Notes under the pieces: model-generated
Told to the model about the DNA's origin: nothing
The model's database searches: none
The model's input: the letters and a program-made list of their open reading frames with translations, nothing else
Shown here: one piece after another, positions 28,370 through 38,150 of the stretch
How positions within the stretch are numbered: position 1 is the stretch's first letter
How the letters are laid out: each line of letters begins with the position of its first letter
Assembly (NCBI GenBank): GCA_036679605.1
Contig: JAZDCZ010000011.1
Coordinates: forward strand, 73,971 to 137,970
Source of the DNA: Gemmatimonadota bacterium
GTDB lineage: Bacteria > Gemmatimonadota > Gemmatimonadetes > Gemmatimonadales > GWC2-71-9
Direction: 5' to 3'
Length of the DNA stretch: 64,000 nt
Translations under genes and position numbers: made by a program

Positions 28370-31030
28370 TCACTCAGCCTTGAGAACCTGGATCGGGTCG
28401 ACCCGAGTGGCTCGACGCGCGGGCAGGTAGCAGGCCAGCGCGGACACCGTGAGCATCGCGGCGGCAACCGCCACAAACGTGAGCACGTCGCGCGGGGCGG
28501 TCTGGAACAGCAGGTCCTGCATCACGAATGCAGCCCACATCGAGATGGCCACTCCGATGAGGGTGCCTGCCACTGCCAGGCCGAGCCCGTTTCTGAGCAC
28601 TAAGCGACGGACGCGGGCCGCGTCGGCGCCCAGCGCGACCCGAATCCCAATCTCACGAGAGCGCTGGCTCATGGAGAACGACAGCACTCCGTAGACCCCG
28701 ACCGCAGCGAGGCCGAGCGCCACGGCGGCGAACACGGCCATTAGGATCATGAAGAAGCGTGGGCGTGCCACGGACTGCCAGATGCTCACAGCCGCCGGCT
28801 GCAATTGCTGAATCGGCTGCTTCGAGTCGACCGCTCGAACCGCGTACCGAATTTGAGGAAAGAGCGCAGCGGGTGGAATGATCGATCGAATTGCGTATGT
28901 CACAAAGCCGCGGATGCCGTCTGGAGCGAGCGGCGTGATCATGGCAAACTCACCCCAGCGATCGTCCAGCCCCCCGACCTTGAGATCCTCCATGACGCCG
29001 GTGACCCTGTACCAAGGCTGGTCAGGGGACAGGCGGAAGCGCCTGCCTACGGCCTCTCCGCCACTCCAGAGTTCCTCGGCCAGATCGGTGTCGATAACAA
29101 CTGGCCTCTCGCCGGGCGCGTCGGTGGTGGTCACGGCCCGCCCCGAGATCAGGCGCGTGCCTATGGTCGCGAGGAAGTCGGAGTCGGCGGAGAGGAGGGG
29201 GAGTGTGAAATCGTGCTCTACTGCCGTCTCCGGATGGTCCTCGGTCTCGAGCCGATTACCGAAGGTGATCCCTCCGTCGGGCGGTATGCCCACCGAGCGG
29301 GACACGGCGACCACACCGGGAATGGCGCGAAGCCGCTCCAGTATGCGCAGGGTCATGCCCTCGCGCTCCTCCGGCGTGCGATACCTCCGGTTCAGCGACA
29401 TGCTCATCGTCAGCAGCCCCTCCACCTCGAAGCCGGGGTCCACGGACGTGAGGCGGTGGAAGCTCTTGCCCAGCAGTCCCGCGCCGAACAGGAGCGTCAG
29501 CGAAAGTGCGACCTGAGTCATAACTAGGCCGTTTCTGAGCCGGCCGCGCTTGTCGGAGCCATGGACTCCTAGGGAACCGCTAGACGTGGCTTCCACCGCG
29601 CGGACCGAGCGCAATGCCGGCAGCAGCCCGAACGCCAGACCGGTCAGAAGGGAGAGCGCGAAAGTGAACCACAGAACACGTCCATCCACGCCGACCGCGT
29701 TCACAGAGAAGAAGGTGATGTCACGCGGTGCCACGGTCAGCAGCGCCCGGACCCCTGCCGACGCCATGACCACTGCCGCTACTCCGCTCAGAAGCGCGAG
29801 CACCAGGCTCTCCACCAGAAGCTGTCGAACGACACGGCGCCGAGAGGCACCCAGCGCCAGGCGCACTCCGATCTCACGACCCCTGACCGTTCCTCTCGCC
29901 AGCATGAGGTTGACCCCATTCACGACGGCGATGAGCAGCATGACCCCCACGGCACCGAATACCACCCACAGCGCCTTCCGCATGCGGCGGCGGACCTGTG
30001 GTTCGTTCAGGGGTGACAGCCCGGGCGTCCAAACGCCGCGGGTCGGTCCGTGATCCTGGAAGCCGGCCGCCGCCGCAGCCATGCGCTCCTCGATCGGGTC
30101 CCCGAGCAGCTCCGCCGGAACCCGGACCACCAGTTGGACTTGACGTGCCGCACGACCCAGAGCCGTGCCGTCAGAGCGCAGGGCGATGTAGAGATCGGTG
30201 GATCCGAACGGAAAGCGGAAGCTGGGTGGCATAACGCCGATGATGGTGTGCCGGGTCTCGTTCAGTACGATCGTCCTGCCCATGACTCCTGGGTCCGCGC
30301 CCATTCCGCTCCGCCAGAACCGATCCGTTAAGAGCACCACGGACGGAGCGCCCGGCTCGGCGTCCTCGGGGAGAATGGAGCGGCCCATGAGGGGTGCGAC
30401 CCCAAGGACATCCATTGCGCTTGGGGTTAGCGCCTGGACGATCTGCGCGGTGGGCTCCCATCCGTCAGTGCGATCCGCGTTGGCCCGGGCGTGCGCTCCG
30501 ATGCCCATGAAGAGATCAGAGCGTTCCATCCAGGCCCGCGCTCCGTCCCAAGGAAAGAAGGCGAATTCGTAGCCCTCGGCCTCGTACGATGCGGAGATCG
30601 CGTGCAGCTGGTCGGGCTCGGGAAACGGAATTGGTCGGATTAGCACCGCATCCACCACCGAGAAGATCGCGGTGTTGGCGCCGATCCCCAGCGCCAGGGT
30701 CAGAATTACCGAGACCGCAAAGCCCGGACTCCTGCGCAGACCCCTCAGGGCGTATCGGAGGTCCCACATCACCGATCCCCCGAACTCCACCCACCTCCTC
30801 GTCCTCTCCTCCCGTTTCTGCATCGCCACGCACTGGCGTCGGTATCGCTCCATGTCCCCGAAACGGCGCTCTGCCTCCATCCGCGCCTGGTCCGGCGAGT
30901 TCCCCTCTTGGATCAGCTCGTCGATACGCATCTCTATGTGGTGCTGCATCTCTAGGTCCACGGTGTCCTCCGCCCATCCCCGCCGCCAGCGGAGCTGGAA
31001 GAAGCGCCGTATGCCACGCGGGCGGCCCAC
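28370..31030 (-). CDS. ADOP-type duplicated ABC permease, module 6 (class A head)
   Basis: Head EMQHHIEMRIDELIQEGNSPDQARMEAERRFG. DLRYALRGLRRSPGF, REIGIRVALGA. Confidence 0.93.
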   Translation of the reverse strand: MGRPRGIRRFFQLRWRRGWAEDTVDLEMQHHIEMRIDELIQEGNSPDQARMEAERRFGDMERYRRQCVAMQKREERTRRWVEFGGSVMWDLRYALRGLRRSPGFAVSVILTLALGIGANTAIFSVVDAVLIRPIPFPEPDQLHAISASYEAEGYEFAFFPWDGARAWMERSDLFMGIGAHARANADRTDGWEPTAQIVQALTPSAMDVLGVAPLMGRSILPEDAEPGAPSVVLLTDRFWRSGMGADPGVMGRTIVLNETRHTIIGVMPPSFRFPFGSTDLYIALRSDGTALGRAARQVQLVVRVPAELLGDPIEERMAAAAAGFQDHGPTRGVWTPGLSPLNEPQVRRRMRKALWVVFGAVGVMLLIAVVNGVNLMLARGTVRGREIGVRLALGASRRRVVRQLLVESLVLALLSGVAAVVMASAGVRALLTVAPRDITFFSVNAVGVDGRVLWFTFALSLLTGLAFGLLPALRSVRAVEATSSGSLGVHGSDKRGRLRNGLVMTQVALSLTLLFGAGLLGKSFHRLTSVDPGFEVEGLLTMSMSLNRRYRTPEEREGMTLRILERLRAIPGVVAVSRSVGIPPDGGITFGNRLETEDHPETAVEHDFTLPLLSADSDFLATIGTRLISGRAVTTTDAPGERPVVIDTDLAEELWSGGEAVGRRFRLSPDQPWYRVTGVMEDLKVGGLDDRWGEFAMITPLAPDGIRGFVTYAIRSIIPPAALFPQIRYAVRAVDSKQPIQQLQPAAVSIWQSVARPRFFMILMAVFAAVALGLAAVGVYGVLSFSMSQRSREIGIRVALGADAARVRRLVLRNGLGLAVAGTLIGVAISMWAAFVMQDLLFQTAPRDVLTFVAVAAAMLTVSALACYLPARRATRVDPIQVLKAE

Positions 31031-31031
31031 G

Positions 31032-31376
31032 TCAGCGAGCCCCCGCCGTCGCGATGATGCGGCGCACCACCTCCGCGTACCTGCCCCAGCTCGCCTCTTC
31101 CCGCCCGAGCTGTTTCCGCCCTTCGGCCGTCAGCGTGTAGTACTTGGCCTTGCGGTTCTTCTCCGAGAGACCCCACTCCGCCTCGATCCACCCTCGCCGC
31201 TCCATGCGGTGGAGGGCTGGGTAGAGCGCTCCCTCCTCGATGTTGAGGGTGTTCTCTGAGGCATCCCGAATCCAGCGCAGGACGGAGAATCCGTGTTTGG
31301 ACTCTCCGTCGCTGAGAGTCTCCAAAATGAGGAGCTCCAGTGTGCCCTGGAGAAGCACGATGCCGGTATGACTCAT
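31032..31376 (-). CDS. PadR-family regulator, class A
   Basis: LLQGTLELLIL, GALYPALHRME, WGLSEKNRKAKYY. Confidence 0.95.
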   Translation of the reverse strand: MSHTGIVLLQGTLELLILETLSDGESKHGFSVLRWIRDASENTLNIEEGALYPALHRMERRGWIEAEWGLSEKNRKAKYYTLTAEGRKQLGREEASWGRYAEVVRRIIATAGAR

Positions 31377-31436
31377 GTCTTCCTTCCTGTTTCGTGGTCC
31401 GCTTCGCGCAAGGGATCCAGTGGAGACAACGAGGCT

Positions 31437-31490
31437 TCCCTAAATGCGCTAGGGGAAATATAAACCGTGGTCCCATAAATGCGCTAGGGG
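31437..31490 (-). promoter_or_regulatory. two 19-bp class A operators flanking a -10 box
   Basis: On the minus strand: CCCCTAGCGCATTTATGGG and CCCCTAGCGCATTTAGGGA, with TATATT between them. Confidence 0.72.
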
Positions 31491-31970
31491 AACGTCGCGA
31501 CGAACCTGCGATGGGCTCTGAGCACACGGGGCCTTCAACTCAGTTACCAGGAGGTATTATGTGCACCGTTACTCCACGTTGGGCATCTAGCAGTCGTTGG
31601 AGCCGGGATTCTTAATGCAAGAGGAGGCGCTCGGGTCGCTGTCGACCAGCCGCCCTGTATTTTGGGAGGGAGATTCAAACCCGTAATGGACAATCGCGTG
31701 ATCTTGGCCTGCCAGATGGTCGTCGCGGGCCTTCAGGCGCCTCCAAGTCACGGGTCTCTATGTACGTGGTCACGCAGCCGCACAGAAAGGTGATCAGTTC
31801 GAGGCAGAGTTTTTTTGATACCATGTCACGATCTCTGCACCGTGCTGTCTAACTTGTAAATGTGCAGACCAGTCTAACCCCAACATGCTCCGCGTGTCCA
31901 AAAGCATAGTCCGTACATCAATGTCGGACTAGTTAGAAAGGGAGTTGAGGAGGTCGAGTGGACTTGCCCT

Positions 31971-32049
31971 GGCGGTCTCAAGCGATCAACGCAACGTTTC
32001 GGCAAGGACCTCACATGGTTTCATCCAGCCGAGGGTCTGTCGAGGTCGT
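31971..32049 (-). mobile_element. IS30-family right-end remnant
   Basis: The minus strand encodes RPRQTLGWMKPCEVLAETLR*, followed by the IS30-type terminus GTTGCGTTGATCGCTTGAGACCGCC. Confidence 0.7.
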
Positions 32050-32076
32050 TGCTCTGTTCCCCAATTCATGAGACAG

Positions 32077-32952
32077 TTAGCGATCTAGAATCTGTACCTC
32101 TTTCGGCATCTGTTCGCGCCGGTACTGGTGGGGCGAGCGAAGCCCCAGGCCCGAGTGCGGTGCGTTCTCGTTGTAGTCATCAAGCCAGCTCGGTAATTGG
32201 TTCAGCACGGTCGTAGCGCTGGAACAATCGGCCCCGTCAACGTAGTCGCGCTTCAGCGTATTCACGAACGCCTCGCTCATTCCGTTCGACTGTGGGCTAT
32301 GGGCCGGCGTCGTTATAGGATGCAGGTTTAACCTCTCGGCCTCCCACTCGGTGGCAAGCGCCGTGTAGATGCTCCCATTATCACTGAGCCACTGAATCGG
32401 CTCGGCCGGCCGGGCCGTCCCAAATCGATGTGCCACTGCTCGTTGCATCAGCTCCTGAATGTCGCCTGCCACCAGCGGCCGTGCATGAGCAACGTGTCCG
32501 ATAATCTCCCGGTCGTGACAATCGAGTGCAAACGCCACATGCACTACCTCGCTGTTCCAACATCCGATCACCAACTCGTCACTACACCACCGCTCGTTTG
32601 AACCGTCCCGCATGATGCGACCAGTGTGTGCCCGCCCACGACGACGGTTTACCTTGGGCAGCGTCAACCCGTAGATCTGCATCACCCTCCGGATACGTTT
32701 GCGATTGTACTGCGTGCCGAAGAGCCGGTTGACACGGGCCGTAACGCGCCGGTGCCCATACGTCGCTCGAGTCCTCAAGACCACACGGACCTGGCTCGCC
32801 ACCAGCTCGTCTTCCGCCTTGTGGTAGAACGGACCACGCTGAGCGATCGACCGATAGGCTGTGCTACGGCTGACACCGAGCGCTCGACAGATCACAGACA
32901 CCGGATGCGGACTCACCGCTTGGACCCGCCGTAGTAGCCCGGTCTTTTTTTT
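32077..32952 (-). CDS. IS3-family transposase OrfB (DDE), probably expressed by -1 frameshift
   Basis: WCSD, LDCHDRE, SDNGSIY, SNGMSEAFVNTLKRDY. A8G at 32944-32952 in the orfA/orfB overlap. Confidence 0.88.
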   Translation of the reverse strand, partial: KKKTGLLRRVQAVSPHPVSVICRALGVSRSTAYRSIAQRGPFYHKAEDELVASQVRVVLRTRATYGHRRVTARVNRLFGTQYNRKRIRRVMQIYGLTLPKVNRRRGRAHTGRIMRDGSNERWCSDELVIGCWNSEVVHVAFALDCHDREIIGHVAHARPLVAGDIQELMQRAVAHRFGTARPAEPIQWLSDNGSIYTALATEWEAERLNLHPITTPAHSPQSNGMSEAFVNTLKRDYVDGADCSSATTVLNQLPSWLDDYNENAPHSGLGLRSPHQYRREQMPKEVQILDR

Positions 32953-33266
32953 ATCTCCTCCTGCGCCGTGCGGAGAATCTCGTTCTCCATAGTCTTTCTC
33001 CCCAACACCCGCTCCAGCTCCCTGATCCGCTGCTCCGCATCCCGCAGCTTGTACGCCGGTACCACATCCCCATCTGCCGCCACAGCCGTCTGACCACCCG
33101 ACTCCATCAGCTGCTTCCACCGCCGCACCAGCCATGGCGATACCTCAAGCTCCCGACTCAATTCGGCAACCGTCACCTCGCCACGCAGTAACCGCCCCAC
33201 CTGTTCCCGCTTAAACTCGGTCGTGAATAACCGCTTCCCATTCACAGCACGTCGAAACCGTTCCAT
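32913..33266 (-). CDS. IS3-family transposase OrfA
   Basis: FTTEFKREQV HTH and RIRELERVLGRKTMENEIL leucine zipper. Confidence 0.88.
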   Translation of the reverse strand: MERFRRAVNGKRLFTTEFKREQVGRLLRGEVTVAELSRELEVSPWLVRRWKQLMESGGQTAVAADGDVVPAYKLRDAEQRIRELERVLGRKTMENEILRTAQEEIKKRPGYYGGSKR

Positions 33267-33324
33267 AGTCCACCCCCCCTTCAAGTGACAACTTAAGTGT
33301 CCACTCGAATTGGGGGACAGAGCA

Positions 33325-33770
33325 CCGGGCTAAGATAGCCCAGGTGTGAGTGCCTCCGTTTGCGGTTGTAGAACCGCTCGATGTACTCGATGATGTCTGT
33401 CTCGGCTTCCTCCCGGGTCCAATAATCCCGATCTTTTACCCGCTCGACCTTCAGAGTCTTGAAAAAACTCTCCGACACTGCGTTGTCCCAGCAATCGCCC
33501 TTCCTGCTCATGCTGCAAATCATTCCGTGATCCCTCAGCATGTCGCGATACTCGCCACAGGCGTACTGCCTACCCCGATCAGAGTGGTGTAAAAGGCCAG
33601 GTGACGGTCTGCGGCTCCGCAGTGCCCTCCTCAGGGCCGTCACAGCCAATTGAGCGTCGATGCGGCTGCTCATCGACCACCCCTACCACACGACGTGAAA
33701 ACAAATCCACAATCACCGCCAAATACAACCACCCCTCGTGTGTACGGATGTACGTCATGTCTGCTGTCCT
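33325..33770 (-). pseudogene. truncated, frameshifted IS3 orfB
   Basis: [27 protein letters not shown], then a frameshift, then HHSDRGRQY...CWDNAVSESFF...HSHLGYLSP. Confidence 0.85.
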
Positions 33771-33825
33771 CATCCGCACCTAACTGTGTGTCCACTTTCT
33801 CGGGTCAACTCCCGAGGTTCTATTC

Positions 33826-36543
33826 CTACTCCGCCCGTAGCGCCACGTTAGGGTCCACACGGGTCGCTCGCCATGCAGGGACAGATCCGGCTAGCACGCC
33901 GACAGCAAGCAGTGTGGCGGTCACTAGGCTGAAGATCAGTGGGTCATGCGGCGATACGTCGTAAAGCAAGGGAGCGATTGCCCTTCCACCCACGAGGGAG
34001 ATTAGCGTGCCTAGCGCTAGCCCCAGTGCAGTCAACAGCAAAGCCTCCCTGACTATCAATGTGATGAGTCTGTTCGATGTTGCGCCAAGCGCCGCACGCA
34101 CTCCAATCTCGTGGGTACGCTGGGCTACATTGAACGCGAGCACGCTGTAGAGTCCTATTGCTGCTATGAGGAGTGCTAGGATCCCGAAGATTGTGAACAT
34201 GGTGGCGCCGAGCCTCCACGAACGGGCCTGCGGATCGACGAAGTCGCTGAGTGCGTCGATCTCGACGAAGCGTATCTCGGTCGACAGAGCCAGCAACTCC
34301 TTCCGTACCGCGACGGAGATCTGCCCGAGATCGCGTCGGCTGCTGAGGTAGATTGCTTCTGGTCTGGTGTCTATCATCCGTTGCACCAGGGGCACGAAGT
34401 ACTGCACCGATGGTTCCTCGATCAGTTCTTGGCGTCGCGGGTCTCTTACTATCCCAATCACCTCCGCGCAGGGCGGCTCCCCCGCGCCGACCAGGAGGCA
34501 TTTTCCCAGAGCATCTTCTCCGGGCCAGTATGTTCGCGCCATCGTCTCGTTCACCACGGCCACACGTGGCGCGGCCCTGCTGTCTGAAGACGTAAACCCG
34601 CGGCCTCGCAGCAGTCTTATGCCGAGTGCCTCTAAGTACTGCTCCGTGATGGGATTCACGTAAGGCCCTCCAGTGCTCATTACGGGGAGCGAGTCCATTC
34701 CCGGGACACGGAGTCGTTCGGCGAAGCTCGACATGAAGGGCATGCTGACTGAGGCAGCTACGTTTTCCACTCCGGGTATTGCACGAATCCTGTCGAGAGC
34801 ACGATCGTATAAATCGTAGATTTCCTCTTGCTCGAGCCTGTCACTTTCCAGCTCCGGCACCACCGCGAGGACACCATCCGGATCCAATCCGAGATCGAGT
34901 GACCGAACATTGTAAAGACTGCGCACGAAGAGTCCGGCGCTGACGAGGAGCACTACGGTCAACGCTCCCTGTGCCACGAGAAAGGCGATGCGCATCCTGG
35001 ATCTACTAAGAGTCGTACCCCAGCCACCTTCCTTGAGAGCCGAAACAAGGTTGGGACGGGTCGCCTGAAGCGCTGGGATCATCCCTGCAAGGAGTCCGGT
35101 AATGAGTGCGACCACAAGCGTAAAGATGAGTACCCGGGTGTTCACCGGCGACTCAGCCCATAATATGTTGGGGGCCAACATTGCGCGTAACACCGCGCCG
35201 CTCCATCCAGCGATCACCACTGCGGCGATGCCACCGAACAAGGCCAACATCGTGGTTTCGGTTAGCAACTGCGATACCAACCTTGCGCGTGATATGCCCA
35301 GGGTCAGGCGGATCGCGGTCTCGCGGCGCCAACGGATGCCACGCCCGAGCAACAAGTTCGCCACGTTGGCACACGCAATGATGAGCACGATCAGTGAGAC
35401 CCCGGCGAGCCAGCGGGCTACCGCCGTCTCACGTGGTGCGTTCGGGCCCTGTGCGGCGATTAGCGGCGCCGCAGTTATTGAAGCATTCTCGTCGTAACGC
35501 GAATCGTCGGCTCGGCCGCGCCGGTGAAGAACGGTGGCTTCCGCTTCGGCGGCCTCTACCGTCACGTCAGGTTTCAGGCGTGCCACCACGCGGATCCAGT
35601 AATTTCCGCGGCTCGTTAGCCAGCGACTTGATGAAAAGAAGTGCTCGACGCTCGTATGCAGGGGAACCCATACATCTACACGGGCGAGCCTCGTTCCTGT
35701 GAACCCCGGGGGAGCTACGCCGATCACCGTGAAAGTACCGCTCGCGATCTGGAGAGCCTCACCGATTACGTCCGGATCGCCGCCGAAGGTCTTGCGCCAG
35801 AATTCATGACTCAGAACTACGGTGCCGGCTACACCGACTCGGTCCTCTGCAGGATCGAAGAACCGTCCTAGCACCGGTTGTACGCCGAGTAACGGAAAAA
35901 GCGAGGCCGTGGCCATAGTTGCACGTACTCGTACGCCCTTTTCGCCTCGTCCGAGAGTGGCTTGGCCAGGGTAGAAAGCGGCGCTCTCAAACGTCTTACT
36001 GCGAGCGAAGTCATCAAGATCTGGGACCGTCATGCTGGCCGTCGTAACAGATCTGTCCAAGAACGAGCGATTCACGTACAAACGCCGCACGTTATCGGGA
36101 TTCCTTATGTGTGGAGGAGGCTTGAGTAGTAGCCGATCGATCACACCAAACATTGTGGCGTTCGCCCCGATACCCAGGCCCAAAGTCAATATTATGGCGA
36201 TGCCGAAGCCGGGAGACTGTCGTAGGCCTCGGAGGGCTTGACGCACGTTCTGTATCAGCACCGAAAACAACTCGACGCGACGGACACTCGTTGCGCGCTT
36301 TCGGTCGATCGCCTCGATCTTTGTCCTATACTGTTGCAGGTTGCCGAATCGTTGGTGTGTTTCCGCCTCGGCGTCGGCGCGACATAAACCACCTGCCATG
36401 AGTTCTTCGACGCTGCGCTCGAAGTGGAACCGCAGCTCCTCGTCCAGTTCCGTCTCTGCACGGTCTTCGTCATCGAGACTTCTCATGGCGTATCTCAGGC
36501 CGACTGCAAGACCTTGGAGACGGCGTCGGAGTATTTCTCCCAC
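33826..36543 (-). CDS. ADOP-type duplicated ABC permease, module 7 (class A head)
   Basis: Head ELDEELRFHFERSVEELMAGG...QRFG. IACANVANLL. The start could alternatively be ATG 36486. Confidence 0.92.
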   Translation of the reverse strand: MGEILRRRLQGLAVGLRYAMRSLDDEDRAETELDEELRFHFERSVEELMAGGLCRADAEAETHQRFGNLQQYRTKIEAIDRKRATSVRRVELFSVLIQNVRQALRGLRQSPGFGIAIILTLGLGIGANATMFGVIDRLLLKPPPHIRNPDNVRRLYVNRSFLDRSVTTASMTVPDLDDFARSKTFESAAFYPGQATLGRGEKGVRVRATMATASLFPLLGVQPVLGRFFDPAEDRVGVAGTVVLSHEFWRKTFGGDPDVIGEALQIASGTFTVIGVAPPGFTGTRLARVDVWVPLHTSVEHFFSSSRWLTSRGNYWIRVVARLKPDVTVEAAEAEATVLHRRGRADDSRYDENASITAAPLIAAQGPNAPRETAVARWLAGVSLIVLIIACANVANLLLGRGIRWRRETAIRLTLGISRARLVSQLLTETTMLALFGGIAAVVIAGWSGAVLRAMLAPNILWAESPVNTRVLIFTLVVALITGLLAGMIPALQATRPNLVSALKEGGWGTTLSRSRMRIAFLVAQGALTVVLLVSAGLFVRSLYNVRSLDLGLDPDGVLAVVPELESDRLEQEEIYDLYDRALDRIRAIPGVENVAASVSMPFMSSFAERLRVPGMDSLPVMSTGGPYVNPITEQYLEALGIRLLRGRGFTSSDSRAAPRVAVVNETMARTYWPGEDALGKCLLVGAGEPPCAEVIGIVRDPRRQELIEEPSVQYFVPLVQRMIDTRPEAIYLSSRRDLGQISVAVRKELLALSTEIRFVEIDALSDFVDPQARSWRLGATMFTIFGILALLIAAIGLYSVLAFNVAQRTHEIGVRAALGATSNRLITLIVREALLLTALGLALGTLISLVGGRAIAPLLYDVSPHDPLIFSLVTATLLAVGVLAGSVPAWRATRVDPNVALRAE

Positions 36544-36827
36544 TGCCGTGATCGTGTCGCCAGTTGTTTTCGGCCAGTACCTGTGAGCTCATAGAATTTC
36601 GCCCGGCGGTTGTTTTCCGAAACGCCCCACTGCGACGCCAGCCACTTCCGCTTGTGCATGCGATGGAGTGCCGTATAGAGTGCACCGTCTTCAATGTCGA
36701 GCGTGTCGTCTGTGGTCTCTCGAATCCAGCGCGCCACATCGTATCCATGCCGCGGCGCCGCTGCCAGGGCCTTGAGGATCAGGACGTCGAGTGTGCCTTG
36801 CAGCAAGTTGAGTTCGGAACCTCCCAT
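36495..36827 (-). CDS. PadR-family regulator, class A
   Basis: LLQGTLDVLILKAL, GALYTALHRM, WGVSENNRRAKFY. Confidence 0.95.
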   Translation of the reverse strand: MGGSELNLLQGTLDVLILKALAAAPRHGYDVARWIRETTDDTLDIEDGALYTALHRMHKRKWLASQWGVSENNRRAKFYELTGTGRKQLATRSRQWEKYSDAVSKVLQSA

Positions 36828-36833
36828 ATCGTT

Positions 36834-36886
36834 CCCCTGAAATGTTCAGGGGTAAGATATGGGAATGTCCTGAAGCCGTCAAGCGG
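36834..36886 (-). promoter_or_regulatory. promoter with class A operators
   Basis: On the minus strand: TTGACG-17-TATCTT followed by CCCCTGAACATTTCAGGGG. A degenerate copy overlaps the -35. Confidence 0.75.
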
Positions 36887-36982
36887 TAACGGCCAAGATG
36901 TCCACGCTAGACGGGTTTTGATTGGTAGTGTGGTACAGCGCCTAAACCACTCCCTTCCCGAAAGGCCGCGCCTGGCTCGGCT

Positions 36983-37540
36983 CTACCTGATACGCGGTAG
37001 CCGCTCCCACCGATTTCGGAAAAACTCTTCGAAATCCCTGCCCGGTTCAGCCAGCTCGAACACCTCGTCGAAAATGAAGCTGTTCTGGATCGTCACGGTC
37101 CACCGCGCGCGTAGGCCGCCACCGTTTTCAACGCTTTCGGTGACGCACACAAACTTGCTCTGCTCCGATTCCATCTCACACACATATTGGTTGACGAATC
37201 CTTCCACGACGAACTGCCGATAAACGAACTTCGCCCTTGTCGCATCATAACTAAAGATGCCCAACTCCTCGTGATTGTCGCCCTGGGGACTCTTTTCCTG
37301 AGGCAACCGGACCGAAGAATGTTTCGACGACAGGTACCGGTCGCGAATAATAAACTCGTACACCCGCACTCCTTTCCCCGTGCCCAGTATCCCATCGATA
37401 GCTCCCTCCCACGATCCGACTAACAGCTTGAGAGTCTCCCACTGGTCCGTCACAACCGGTCGTTCCTGAGCGGTGACCGTATGCTCCGTAGCGAGACTGA
37501 GAGCGAATACCAATGCTAGCAACTCAACATGCCGTCTCAT
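36983..37540 (-). CDS. exported hypothetical protein, possibly a beta-barrel (lipocalin/nitrobindin-like)
   Basis: Signal peptide, LVGSWEG motif, beta-rich pattern, RBS GGAGG. Fold is only inferred. Confidence 0.65.
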   Translation of the reverse strand: MRRHVELLALVFALSLATEHTVTAQERPVVTDQWETLKLLVGSWEGAIDGILGTGKGVRVYEFIIRDRYLSSKHSSVRLPQEKSPQGDNHEELGIFSYDATRAKFVYRQFVVEGFVNQYVCEMESEQSKFVCVTESVENGGGLRARWTVTIQNSFIFDEVFELAEPGRDFEEFFRNRWERLPRIR

Positions 37541-37814
37541 GGTGATCATACCTCCAGTGTGTAGGATTCCTCCCCGTCCAACTTCGTGGCCCACCAGTTC
37601 GATAGACTAAGCTGCAACATAGATCGTTTCAAGAGGTGCCGGCGCCTTGGTGTCATCCGCGATGTCCTCGATCACCTTAATCGGGTCCTCAAAGACCCTT
37701 GGAGAGATCCGAGATGCATATCACCCCGGCGGTTGACCCACCTGGAAATCCAGCTATCTTCATAAGTACTCTATGCAATATGCAGAGATACACCAACTCT
37801 AGGAGAAGTGAGAG

Positions 37815-38150
37815 ATGGCTGACCTTCCCCGATTTCTTCCGGTCAAACCGAGCGTATTCCTGATCATGATGGCAGTGGCTGAGGAGCCGTGTCACGGTTA
37901 TGGGATCATGCTCGATGTGCAGCGGCGTTCGGGTGGTTGCGTCAACCTTGGAACGAGTCACCTGTATCGGCATCTGAAACGCCTGCTTGACGACGGTTTG
38001 GTGGAGGAAGTCGAGTTCGAGGACGGCGTTGGGGATGATCCGCGGCGCCGTTACTACCAGTTGACGAAGCCGGGCGTGAAGGTGGTGCGTGCCGAGAGCG
38101 CGCGACTCAAAGAGCTAGTGGAAGAGTCGAAACGGCTGGGATTCGTATGA
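37815..38150 (+). CDS. PadR-family regulator, class B
   Basis: FLPVKPSVFLIM, HGYGI, LYRHLKRL, DPRRRYYQLT. Confidence 0.93.
   Translation: MADLPRFLPVKPSVFLIMMAVAEEPCHGYGIMLDVQRRSGGCVNLGTSHLYRHLKRLLDDGLVEEVEFEDGVGDDPRRRYYQLTKPGVKVVRAESARLKELVEESKRLGFV

Larger units (their letters stand above)
32050..33324 (-). mobile_element. IS3-family (IS2-like) insertion sequence, apparently intact
   Basis: Terminal IRs TGCTCTGT(T/C)CCCCAATTC. orfA/orfB with an A8G slippery site. No target duplication. Confidence 0.9.
31959..33812 (-). mobile_element. degenerate outer IS3-family element carrying nested IS insertions
   Basis: Ends TGGACTTGCCC... and ...GGGTCAACTCC are flanked by the direct repeat CGAG (31955-58, 33813-16). 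Contains an IS3 orfB remnant. Confidence 0.6.

Noticed and set aside
31675..31824. 49-aa minus-strand ORF (MVSKKLCLELITFLCGC...)
   Set aside because: No clear RBS or recognisable motif. It cannot be supported without a homology search.
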